The notes beneath the pieces were generated by a model. It saw only the letters and a list, made by a program, of their open reading frames with translations. It did not search any database and was not told where the DNA came from. DNA of 64,000 nt from an uncultured delta proteobacterium (GTDB lineage: Bacteria > Myxococcota > Myxococcia > Myxococcales > Myxococcaceae): positions 32,001 through 96,000 of the forward strand of contig CAVYSY010000001.1 in assembly GCA_963771175.1 (NCBI GenBank), in the 5' to 3' direction. Made by a program: the position numbers and the translations under genes. Each line of letters starts with the position of its first letter. Position 1 is the stretch's first letter. Below are positions 40,803-51,338 of this stretch, in pieces.

Positions 40803-43021
40803 ATGATTCGCCTCAACGACATCCTCCAGCGGGTTGCCTCGTACCATCCGGACCCCGATCTGGACATCATCAAGAAGGCGTACGTCTATTCGGCCAAGGT
40901 GCACCAGGGCCAACTACGCAAGTCGGGTGAGCCGTACCTCATCCATCCCCTCGAGGTCGCTGGCCTGCTGGCCGAGCTGAAGCTGGACGAGGCCTCCATC
41001 GTCACCGGCCTCCTCCACGACACCATCGAGGACACACTCGCCACCGCCGAGGAGCTCGACCGAGCTGTTCGGCCCCGAGGTCGCCCAGCTGGTCGACGGG
41101 GTGACCAAGCTCTCCAAGTTCTCCGCCTCGGCCACGCTCTCGCAGGAGGAGAAGCAGGCGGAGAACTTCCGCAAGATGATCATCGCGATGGCGCAGGACA
41201 TCCGCGTCATCCTGGTGAAGCTGGCCGACCGCACGCACAACATGCGGACGCTGGACCACATGGCCGAGGAGAAGCAGCGGCGGATCGCCCAGGAGACCCT
41301 GGACATCTACGCGCCGCTGGCCAACCGCCTGGGCATCAGCTGGATCAAGACCGAGCTGGAGGACCTGTCCTTCCGCTACGTGAAGCCCCAGGACTTCTTC
41401 GACGCTCCAGGAGAAGCTCAACAAGCGCAAGAAGGAGCGGGAGAAGTACATCGAGGACGTCAGCAGCCTCATCCGCAGCCAAGCTGGAGGAGCGCGGGCC
41501 TGAAGGGCGACGTGAGCGGCCGCTTCAAGCACGTCTACAGCATCTACAAGAAGATGCAAGTCGCAGGGGATCGACTTCGAGCAGATCCACGACATCATCG
41601 CCTTCCGCATCCTCATGCCCGCGGTGCCCGAGCTGCTACGAGGCGCTGGGTCTGGTGCACCAGCTCTGGAAGCCGGTGCCGGGGCGCTTCAAGGACTTCA
41701 TCGCCATCCCCAAGCCCAACATGTACCAGTCGCTCCACACCACGGTGATGGGGCCGTTGGGCGAGCGCATCGAGGTGCAGATCCGCACCGCGGAGATGCA
41801 CAAGGTGGCCGAGGAAGGCATCGCCGCGCACTGGGCGTACAAGGAGGGCAAGGCGCTCTCCGTCAGCAAGGACGACGAGAAGTTCGCCTGGCTGCGCCAG
41901 CTCATGGAGTGGCAGCAGGACCTCAAGGACCCCAAGGAGTTCCTCGAGACGGTGAAGGTGGACCTCTTCACCGACGAGGTCTTCGTCTTCACGCCCAAGG
42001 GGGACGTGCGGAGCCTGCCGCGCGGCGCCACGCCGGTGGACTTCGCCTACGCCATCCACTCGGACGTGGGCGGCCGGTGCGTGGGCGCCAAGGTGAACGG
42101 GAAGATCGTCCCGCTGCGCTACAAGCTGAAGAACGGCGACACGGTCGAGGTGCTCACCAGCCCCCAGGCGCACCCGTCCAAGGACTGGCTCACCTTCGTC
42201 AAGACGAGCCGCGCCCAGCAGCGCATCCGCTCCTTCATCAAGCAGCAGCAGCGCGAGAAGAGCCTGCAGCTCGGCCGCGAGCTGATGGAGCGGGAGTTCA
42301 AGCGCTTCCAGCTCAACTACAACAGGCTGGTGAAGAGCGGCGAGCTGAAGAAGGTCTGCGAGGAGCTCGGCTTCCGGGTGGAGGACGACCTGCTGGTGGC
42401 CGTGGGCTACGGCAAGGTGGTGCCCAACCAGATCATCACCCGCGTGGTTCCGCCGGAGAAGCTGGCCGCCCTCCACGGGTGAGGGCAGGGCGATGCCGGC
42501 GGAGTCGTCCGCGAGCTCCAGCGGCATGCTGCCGGGCCTGTCTCGCGTCACCGACTTCGCCAAGAAGCTGGTGGGCAAGCAGAACAGCAGCGGGGTGCAG
42601 ATTGGCGGCGTGGACGACGTGCTGGTCCGCTTCGGGCGCTGCTGCAACCCGGTGCCGGGAGACCCCATCGCCGGCTTCATCACCCGAGGCCGGGGCGTGA
42701 CGGTCCACACCGTGGGCTGTGACAAGGCGCTGGCCACGGATCCCGAGCGCCGCGTGGACGTGTCGTGGGACGTGCGCGGCGACTTCAAGCGCCCCGTCAC
42801 CCTGCGCGTGCTCACCGCGGACCGGCCCGGGCCTGCTGGCGGACATCTCCAACACCTTCTCCAAGAAGGGCGTGAACATCTCCCAGGCCAACTGCCGCGC
42901 CACCGGGGACGACCGCGCGGTGAACACCTTCGAGGTCACCATCTCGGACCTGAAGCAGCTCACGGATCTGATGCGCACCATCGAGCGCCTCAACGGCGTC
43001 TACTCCGTCGAGCGCATCTAG
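40803..43021 (+). CDS. relA: Bifunctional (p)ppGpp synthetase/hydrolase Rel (frameshifted)
   Basis: RKSGEPY..HP, LHDTIED, KLADR.HNMRT, YQSLHTT, EVQIRT, TGS domain, CCNPVPGD, ACT domain. Confidence 0.95.
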
Positions 43022-43150
43022 CCTCCACTCCCTCGTCCTGGGGCGGAGTGGCCCCTCCCCGGAGGCGAAGGGCTGGCCGGTTGCTACCTCCGATGGTAGA
43101 GCCGCGCGGACACGCGGCCGCTCCTGGCCGCTTCACTTCCGAGGTGCTCC

Positions 43151-43539
43151 ATGGCTCGCAAGATCGTCCACTCCGACGACGCCCCCAAGGCGATCGGCCC
43201 CTACTCGCAGGCGGTGCAGGTGCACGCCGGGAAGATGACCTTCCTGTCCGGGCAGATCCCGCTGGACCCCAAGACGATGGAGATGGTCGAGGGCGACGTG
43301 GTGGCCCAGACCGAGCAGGTGATGAAGAACCTGCAGGCGGTGCTCGAGGCCGGCGGGCCTCGACTTCGACCACGTCGTGCGCTGCGGCATCTTCGTCACC
43401 GACCTGGCGGACTTCGCCAAGGTGAACGAGGTGTACGGCCGCTACTTCAAGGGCCCGCCCCCGGCGCGCGCCACCGTGCAGGTCGCGGCGCTGCCGCGCG
43501 GCGTGCAAGGTGGAGATCGACGCCATCGCCGTGGCCTGA
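43151..43539 (+). CDS. ridA: RidA (YjgF/YER057c/UK114) family protein (frameshifted)
   Basis: APKAIGPYSQA, SGQIPLDP, NEVY, PARATVQVAALP, VEIDAIA. Confidence 0.9.
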
Positions 43540-43566
43540 GCCGCGCGCCCGCAGCGCCGTAAAGAG

Positions 43567-43605
43567 CGAAGGCCGCCGGAACCCGCTTGGGTCCGACGGC
43601 CTTCG
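43567..43605. terminator. Hairpin between convergent ridA and DsbA-like genes
   Basis: cgaaggccg...cggccttcg inverted repeat. Confidence 0.55.
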
Positions 43606-43626
43606 TGCTTCAGGGGAGCGCGGGGA

Positions 43627-45617
43627 CTACTTCTGGTCGCGGCGCGACCGCGCCGCCGGCCTTGCTTCAGCTCGTCGTCGATGACGCGCCTTGAAGGCGT
43701 CGAAGGGCTGCGCGCCCACGAGCTGGCGGCCGTTGATGAAGAAGGTCGGGGTGCCGTTGGCGCCCAGGCGCGTGCCCTCGCTGGGAGTCCGCGCGTGATC
43801 TGCGCCTCGAACTTGTTCGAGTCGAGCGCGGCCTTGAACTTGCCCATGTTGAGGCCCAGCTCCTGCGCGTAGCTCTCGAGCGAGGCGCGGTCGAGCGCCT
43901 GCTGGTTGGCGAACAGCTTGTCGTGGATCTCCCAGAACTTGCCCTGCTCGTTGCGCGGCCAGGGCGGCCCGGCGGCCGGCTTGGCGTTGTTGTGGAAGGG
44001 CAGCGGCTGGTTCTTGAAGGCCACGCTGCATCTTGCCCTTGTACTCGTCCTCGATCTGCTTGAGCGTGGGCACCACGCGGCCGCAGAACGGGCACTGGAA
44101 GTCGGAGAAGGCCACGATGGTGACGGGGGCGTTCTTCGGGCCCTTCACCGGCGCGTTGCCGACCTCGATGTTCTGCACCGCGCGGCTCGGCGGGAGCCTC
44201 GGGCCGGCGGCCGGCGGGAGCCGGCTTGAGCGCCCTCGGCTCGATGAGCTTCTCGTAGAGGTCGTCGAGCCTTGGTGCCCGCGGCGAGCAGCTGTCGGCC
44301 TTGGCGATCTCCTCGTCGATGATCTTCTTGAAGCTCTCGAACGGCTGCGCGCCCACGAACTCGCGGCCGTTGATGAAGAAGGTCGGGGTGCCGTTGGCGC
44401 CCACCGCGTTGCCGGCGGCGCGAGTCCGCCTCGACGCTTCGCTGCGGAACTTGCCGCGAGTCGAGCGCGGCCTTGAACTTGCCCATGTTCAGGCCGAGCT
44501 CCTGCGCGTACTTCTCGAGGGTGGCGCGGTCGAGCGCCTGCTGGTTGGCGAAGAGCTTGTCGTGCATCTCCCAGAACTTGCCCTGCTCGTGGGCGGCCAT
44601 GGCGGCCTCGGCGGCGAGCTTCGCGTTGTGGTGGAAGGGCAGCGGCTGGTGGCGGAAGACGACGCGCACGTCCTTGCCGTAGGTCTCCTCGATCTGCTTG
44701 AGCGTGGGCATCACGCGGCTGCAGAACGGGCACTGGAAGTCGGACCACTCGACGATGGTGACCTTGGCGTTCTTCGGGCCGCAGGAGCGGGGCGTCGGCC
44801 GGGACGTCCACCTTGCGGTACCGCGGGCTGGCCGGGGCCTCGGCCTGCTGCGCGGGCTGCTGGGGGCGGGGCCTCGACGCCCTTGGCGAGGATGGCGGCG
44901 TACACCTGGCTGGCCGGGGTGCCGGCGCTTCACCAGCGCCTCGGCCTTGCCGAGCTCCTCGTCGATGATCGCCTTGAAGTTGTCGAGCGGCTGCGCGCCG
45001 GAGAGGAAGCGGCCGTTGATGAAGAAGGCCGGGGTGCCGCTGGCGCCGAGCTTGCCAGGCCAGGGCCTGGTCACGGTCGATGACTGGCCGAGTGCTTCGG
45101 GTCGGCCATGGCCGCCTTCCAGCGGCCACGTCGAGGCCCAGCTCCTTGGCGTACTTCTCCAGGTCGGCGTCCTCGAGCGCGCTTGGGTTGGCGAAGAGCT
45201 TGTCGTGCATCTCCCAGTACTTGCCCTGCTCACCGGCGGCGAGCGCGCCAGCGCGGCGGGCTTGGCGCGCGGGTGGAAGGACAGCGGGTTCTGCTTCATG
45301 ACCACGCGCAGCTTGTTGCCGTAGTCCTTCTGGAGCTGCTGCACGGTGGCGTTGGCGCGGGAGCAGAAGGGGCACTGGTAGTCGGAGAACTCGACCAGCG
45401 TGACGAGCGCGTCCGCGTTGCCCTTGGTGGGCGAGCCGTCGACGGGCACCTTGAAGACGGTGGGGTCCACCGGCCGGGCGTTCGGCCGGGGCGCGTTGGC
45501 GGCCGCCGCGGGCTTGTTGCCGGTGGGGGCGTCCGCCGAGGAGCCGTTGACTGCACGGCCGCCGGCGAAGCCCAGCACCAGGCCCACCACCAGGGCCACG
45601 ATCACATTGGGTCTCAT
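43627..45617 (-). CDS. Membrane-anchored protein with three DsbA/thioredoxin-like domains (heavily frameshifted)
   Basis: N-terminal TM; three SD(Y/F)QCPFC motifs and three GTP.FFING cis-Pro loops. Confidence 0.88.
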
Positions 45618-45846
45618 GGGTTTGTTGTGCTCCTTCGACATCTGGTCCGAGTGCGGATCCGCGCTTGTGCTCATAGGTTCAAAAGGCTCAAAAAGGTCGG
45701 GCTAGATAACAGAGCCCGTTCCGAGCACGCAAGGAGACGCAGGCGTACCCGTCCTGGGCATGACAGGACCCAGGGCCCCGAAAACACGATGGTTTTTGGG
45801 GAAAATTCCCCCGGCACGCTGCTCGCTCCGCGCCTACACTGAGGCC

Positions 45847-46086
45847 ATGCAGCCGGACGTGCGCGTGGATGCGTCGGGAACGTATTGCCCCGTTCCCATC
45901 CTGGAGATCGCCAAGGCGGTGCGCCGGCTGGTGCCGGGCACGCTGGTGGAGCTGGTGGCCACCGACCCCGGAGTGCAGGCCGATCTGCCCGCGTGGTGCG
46001 AGGCCACCGGCCATGCCCTGCTCGGCCTGGAGCGGCGCGGGGCGGCCTGGGTGGCCTGGATCCGCACGGTGGGCGGAGGGGCATGA
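45847..46086 (+). CDS. TusA/SirA-family sulfur carrier
   Basis: VDASGTYCPVP, ATDPG...DLPAWC. Confidence 0.88.
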   Translation: MQPDVRVDASGTYCPVPILEIAKAVRRLVPGTLVELVATDPGVQADLPAWCEATGHALLGLERRGAAWVAWIRTVGGGA

Positions 46087-46187
46087 GAGGGGACTGGCAA
46101 CCATCAGCCCCGTGGTGACCCGAGCCGCCCCGGAGTTTCACCGGGGATTTTCTCGGGGATTTCCCGCCGCTTCCGGGCGGGGGCTCG

Positions 46188-47102
46188 TCAGAGGAGCTGA
46201 AGCACCCGCTCCTCGAGCCGGCGGCCGCGCGAGACGCCCAGGATGAGCACCCCCGTCTGCAGCAGGTGCCCCACCACGCGGCTGATGACCTCCTCGGGCT
46301 GGTGGGCCTTGCCGTCATAGCGGACGTGGAGGACGTTCTCGTTCTCCATGCGCGCGGCGGTGACGCCCGGCATGGACTCGAGCTCCGGCACGATGACGGT
46401 GCCGCGGGCCACCTGGACGCGGAACTCGGCCGTCTGGCTGGTGAGCTCGGCCATGGTGCCGGCCTGGGCCAGCTTGCCCCGGTCGAGGATGGCCGCCGCG
46501 TCGCACAGCTCCTCCAGCTCCTGGAGGTTGTGGCTGGAGACCACCACCGTCTGATGCTGGCCCCGGATGTCGCGGATGACCTGGCGCACCTGGGCGGCGA
46601 TGCGCGGGTCCAACCCGGCGGTGGGCTCGTCGAGCAGCACCAGCGGCGGCCGGCCCATGAGGGCCTGCGCCATGGCCGCGCGCTTGGCCATGCCGTGCGA
46701 CAGCGCGTGCGTCTCCACGTTCCAGGCCTCCATCAGGCCCACCTTGTCGAGCGCCTCGCGCGCCTCGGTCTCGGGCTTGTCCAGGCCGCTCAGCCGCGCC
46801 CAGTACATGAGGAGCGCGCCCACCTTCCAGCCGCCGGGCAGCACCGCGTCCTGGGGCAGCGCGCCCACCTTCCCCTTGAGGGCTCCGTCCACGGACGGGT
46901 CCACCCCCATCACCCGCACGGTGCCGCCAGTGGGGTAGAGGTAGCCGCACATCATGGAGAAGGTGGTCGTCTTCCCGGCGCCGTTGGGCCCGATGAGGCC
47001 GTACACCTGGCCCCGCTCGACGGTGAAGCTCACCCCGTCCACCGCCACCTTGGGGCCGAAGCGCTTGGTGGCGTTGATGATGTCGATGGCCAGCTCGCTC
47101 AC
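46188..47102 (-). CDS. ABC transporter ATP-binding protein
   Basis: GPNGAGKTT, LSHGM, LLDEPTAGLD, SSH. Confidence 0.93.
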   Translation of the reverse strand: MSELAIDIINATKRFGPKVAVDGVSFTVERGQVYGLIGPNGAGKTTTFSMMCGYLYPTGGTVRVMGVDPSVDGALKGKVGALPQDAVLPGGWKVGALLMYWARLSGLDKPETEAREALDKVGLMEAWNVETHALSHGMAKRAAMAQALMGRPPLVLLDEPTAGLDPRIAAQVRQVIRDIRGQHQTVVVSSHNLQELEELCDAAAILDRGKLAQAGTMAELTSQTAEFRVQVARGTVIVPELESMPGVTAARMENENVLHVRYDGKAHQPEEVISRVVGHLLQTGVLILGVSRGRRLEERVLQLL

Positions 47103-47987
47103 AGGTCCCTCGCGCGCAGGACGAAGAGGGCGGCGCCGAGGAACACCAGCGCGAAGGCGGCATAGGCCGCGCCACTCACCGCGAACTCGGCGAACCGCGG
47201 GTGCAGCAGGTTGTTGGCGTAGTGCGGAGGGGGTCAGGTAGCGCAGGTACCGCACCGGGCTCCCCTCGTCGGCGAGGCCGCCAATCAGGTTCACCAGCCA
47301 GAAGCCGAACAGCATGAAGATGTTGAAGATGAGGCTCATCGCGGGCGAGCGGAACAGGCTGGAGCAGAAGGTGGTGAGCGCCAGGTACGCCAGCGAGAAC
47401 ACCACCGCCGCCAGCCAGAACTTCAGCAGGTTGAGCGCGAAGGACGCGGCGGCGAAGTCCGGCGTGGTGAACCAGGCGTAGACGAAGATGGCCAGGTCGA
47501 TGATGAGCACCAGCCCCAGCAGCACCGTGGCCTGGGACAGGAACTTGCCCAGCAGCAGCGACGAGCGCCGCGCGCGCACGGTGAGGTAGCGGATGGAGCG
47601 CGGACCCACCTCGCCGCTCACCTGGTCGAAGCCCATGATGGCGACGTAGAGGGGCAGGAAGAAGAGGGTGACCTTGAAGACCACCAGCACCACCAGCGGC
47701 ACCTGCCCGAGTGCCTCCATCATGGCCTGATCGCCTCCCACGAGGAACCCGAGGAAGCCCTTGCGCATCTCCTCGGCCACCTGGGTACCCGCGCTGGCGT
47801 CGGCGCCGACCTGGGCGAGCTGCGCGTCCACCTGCTCGCGCAACGTCTTCGTGATGCCGCCCACCACCAGCAGCACCAGCAGCGAGAACATGCTGTAGAG
47901 CCCGAGCAGCGCCACCACGCGTGCGCTGCGCACGGTGCGGCGGCTCTCGGCGCTCCAGATCACTGCGGTCTCATTCAATCCATTCAA
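47099..47987 (-). CDS. ABC-2 type permease (frameshift near 47225)
   Basis: About 6 TMs; E...RSIRY, LLGKF; C-terminal RARDL lies in a shifted frame and overlaps the ATPase start. Confidence 0.85.
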
Positions 47988-48128
47988 GGCGGGTGGAACC
48001 TATCGGGACCAGGAGGGGCTCGCCAGGTTTCTTGCTCTCCAGGGGAACTCACGCCGAGGGAATGGACGTCCCGTCCTGGGCGGGTACCATGCTCGCCCCC
48101 TCACCTCTCACCCGCGCGACGGTTCCGC

Positions 48129-49578
48129 ATGTCTCTCTCCCGTGCCCTTCCCGCCACGCTGCTCCTTCCCCTGTTCCTCCTCCTCGTCGGCGCGGACGAG
48201 GGGGGCTCGGATGCGGGGACGGCGCCGGTGGCCGAGGCCTCCCTCCCGGATGCCGGGCTGGCGGACGGCGGCGTGGCCGAGGCGGCGGTCGCCACCGATG
48301 GTGGGGTGATGTTGGGGCTCGTTCCGCCCGTGCCGGTGCCCTCGCGCGAGGACAACCCGCCCATCGCCCGCCTGCGTCCGCTTCCGTCCAAGCAGGACGT
48401 GCTCGCCAGGGCGAAGCGCGATGCGCAGGGCCGGCTGGTGGTGCCCGGACCCCAGGGCGACGTGCCGCTGACCATCGACCCGACCCTCCAGTCGCAGCTC
48501 ACCGGCATCCTCCAGCTGTACCAGGTGCCCTTCGGGGCGGTGGTGGTGCTGGAGTCCGTCCACGGGCCGTGTGCTGGCCATGGCCGAGCACTCGCAGTCG
48601 CAGCCGGGGCTGCGCGGGCTGGCCACGCGCGCGGTGTTCCCCGCGGCGAGCATCTTCAAGATCGTCACCGGCGCCGCGCTGCTGGAGGCCGGTGTCACTC
48701 CCGTGGATGAGACGTGCTTCCATGGTGGCAAGCGGCGGCTCTCCGAGAAGCTGCTGGAGGACAGCGAGCGGGACGGCCAGTGCCACTCGCTGGCCGAGGC
48801 CATGGGCAAGAGCGCCAACGTCGTCTTCGCCAAGCTGACGCAGCGTTACCTGTCGCCCGAGGCGCTGAAGCGCGCGGCCGCCCGCTTCCACTTCAATCGG
48901 GAGATCTCCTTCCCGGTGCCCACGGACGTGTCGCTCGCCGCCGTGCCGGACAGTGACGAGTTCCGCTTCGCCCAGACGGGCGCGGGCTTCGGGGATGTGT
49001 ACCTCTCGCCGCTGCACGGCGCGCTGCTGGCATCCGTGGCGGCCAATGGCGGTGTCTGGAAGAACCCCGTTCTCTTCGATGACGCGAACGCACAGCCCCA
49101 GACAGGCGAGCAGGTGCTGGCGCCCGAGGTGGCGCGCGACCTGACGACGCTGATGGAGGCCACGGTCACGAAGGGGACCGCGCGCCGCATCTTCCGCGAG
49201 CGCGGCATGGGCGTGCCGGGCGCGGTGGGCAAGACGGGCACGCTGGCGGATCGCAAGCCCTTCCGGGACTACTCGTGGTTCGTGGGCTTCGCGCCCAAGG
49301 ACAACCCCAAGGTGGCGGTGGCGGCCGTCATCGTCAACGAGCCGCTCTGGCGCATCCGGGCCACGTGGCTCGGCCGCGAGGCCATGCGTCTGGGCCTGGC
49401 CCGCCTGCCGCCGGGTTCCCTGGTGGTTCCGGCCAAGGAGGAGCCGCCCGAGCCCCAGGAGGAGATGCCCTCGGACGAGGAGTCCTCGGAGGAAGAGTCC
49501 TCGCCCGCGCAGGAGATGGCTGGGACGCCCACGGAGGTACAGGCACCGGCCTCGAAGGCCTCGACCACCGGGCCCTGA
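48129..49578 (+). CDS. Penicillin-binding transpeptidase-domain protein (frameshift near 48555)
   Basis: SIFK, SAN and KTGT motifs; LTIDP.LQ; acidic tail. Confidence 0.9.
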
Positions 49579-49587
49579 GTCGGGAGG

Positions 49588-50205
49588 TCAGCGGCTGAGG
49601 CCCAGGCGCTCGAGATCTCCTGGTGTGTCGACATCGAGGAGTCCCTCGGCGAAGGGCACGAGACCCAGGCGGGCCTGGTGGTGCATCAGGAGCGGTTTGG
49701 CGCCCTGGTGTCCGCTCTGTGTGAGGAGCCCGGGAAGAAGCTCCGCCGCGAACGCCGCGGGCACTCCGAAACCCCCGTCTCCACCGTAGGCACTGGCGGC
49801 GGCGGGATGGCCTCGCGCGACGCACTCCACGAGCGCGCGAAGGTGCTCCGGCGTGACGAAGGGTTGATCACACAGCATGAGCACGGCCGGCTCTTCCTGG
49901 GGGCGGGAGGCGTCGGCGAGCAGGGCCTCGATGCCGGTGCGTAGCGAGCTGCCCGGCCCCTCGGCCCACCCGGCGTTGAACGCGATCCGGACGCGCGCCT
50001 CGCTCAGCGCCTCCGCCACGGCCTCGCCACACGCTCCCGTGACGACGATGATGCTCCGGGCCCCGCTCTCGTGCGCCACGCGCGCGGCGCGGCACACCAG
50101 TGGCTCCCCTTCGAGACGCACGAGCTGCTTCGGCGAACCGAGGCGTGACGAGCCGCCAGCGGCGAGCACGACGACCGAGAAGGGCGGCGAGCCCGGGGGG
50201 CTCAT
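49588..50205 (-). CDS. mocA: Molybdenum cofactor cytidylyltransferase (MocA-like)
   Basis: VLAAGGSSRLGSPKQL, LCDQP, DVDTPGD; sits in an Xdh-family operon. Confidence 0.8.
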   Translation of the reverse strand: MSPPGSPPFSVVVLAAGGSSRLGSPKQLVRLEGEPLVCRAARVAHESGARSIIVVTGACGEAVAEALSEARVRIAFNAGWAEGPGSSLRTGIEALLADASRPQEEPAVLMLCDQPFVTPEHLRALVECVARGHPAAASAYGGDGGFGVPAAFAAELLPGLLTQSGHQGAKPLLMHHQARLGLVPFAEGLLDVDTPGDLERLGLSR

Positions 50206-51338
50206 GCGCTCTTCCTGCTCATCACCTCACTGGCCTCGCTCGCCTCGGTCAGGTGGATGGGCCCGTCATGCTGCCGGAGGTGGACACCCTCGCTCCGCGA
50301 GAGCACGGACTGGATCTCCGCGACGATCGAGAGGGCGATCGCCGCCGGCGTGTCACCGCCGAGCCTGAGCCCCACCGGACTGTAGAGACGCGCGCGCTGC
50401 TCGGAGGTCGGCACGAACTCATCCGCCAGCTCGCGCAGCAGTTGCTCGCCCCGGCGCTTGGGGCCGAGCAGCCCGACGTAGGCCACGTCCAGCTTCAGGA
50501 GCATGGGCAGCAGGCGGAGATCGGCGAAGTAGTTGTGGGTCATCACCACCACGGCCGAGTGGCCCCCGGTGGGCACGTGCGCGGCGGCGGTGTCGGCATG
50601 GGCGTGCAGCACGCGCTCGGCGCCCGGAAAACGTGCCGGATCGCAGTACGCCGGCCGGTGGTCGATCACCGTCACGCGCCAGTCGAGCTGACGCGCCATC
50701 GCGACGAGCGGCACCGCGTCCGGGCCCGCGCCAAAGACGGTGAGATGGAAGGCGGGCGGTACGAGGTCCACGAAGCACTCGACGTTGCCTTCTGGCAGGT
50801 GCACCGTCCGGATCAAGGTGGTCCCCGTCCCGAGCGCTTCCTGGGCGAATCCGCGCGAGGCCTCGCGCAGGCCGGAGTCGCCCTCCACCTCCAGGATGCT
50901 GCCGAGCTGACGTTCGAGCGCGGGAGCGGCGGCGAAGGCGGTGACGATCGCCTTCGGCGCCGGACCGGCGTTCATTCCACAGAGCAGACGCCGGGTGTCC
51001 GCGTCCAGGCGCCAGGGCTCGATCCTCTCGAGCAGGATGTCGAGAGCGCCCCGGCACCCGAGGCCGAAGCCCACCATGCCGTCATGCTCGCCCGTCATGT
51101 CGAAGAAGAGGCGACGCGAGAGGCCCGTGGTGAGCACCTCGCGCGCCGCCTTCGCGATCTGCGGTTCGAGACATCCGCCGCTGATCAACCCGACGGGCAT
51201 GCCCCCCGGTGTGATGAGGAGTCGCGCCCCGGCCCGGCGGTAGGTCGAGCCACTCGTGCGGACCAGCGTCCCCAACACGAGCGGCTCACGGGCCGCGACG
51301 GCCTCCTCCATCACGGTGAGGAGCTCACTGCTACTCAC
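50202..51338 (-). CDS. xdhC: XdhC/CoxI Moco insertion chaperone
   Basis: GSTYRRAGA, ISGGCLE, GLGCRG, MTHNY..D, YVGLLGP, SPVGL. Confidence 0.92.
   Translation of the reverse strand: MSSSELLTVMEEAVAAREPLVLGTLVRTSGSTYRRAGARLLITPGGMPVGLISGGCLEPQIAKAAREVLTTGLSRRLFFDMTGEHDGMVGFGLGCRGALDILLERIEPWRLDADTRRLLCGMNAGPAPKAIVTAFAAAPALERQLGSILEVEGDSGLREASRGFAQEALGTGTTLIRTVHLPEGNVECFVDLVPPAFHLTVFGAGPDAVPLVAMARQLDWRVTVIDHRPAYCDPARFPGAERVLHAHADTAAAHVPTGGHSAVVVMTHNYFADLRLLPMLLKLDVAYVGLLGPKRRGEQLLRELADEFVPTSEQRARLYSPVGLRLGGDTPAAIALSIVAEIQSVLSRSEGVHLRQHDGPIHLTEASEASEVMSRKSA

Noticed and set aside
46188..47987. 599-aa permease-ATPase fusion
   Set aside because: A frameshift near 47225 explains it; the permease's RARDL-stop overlaps the ATPase GTG start.
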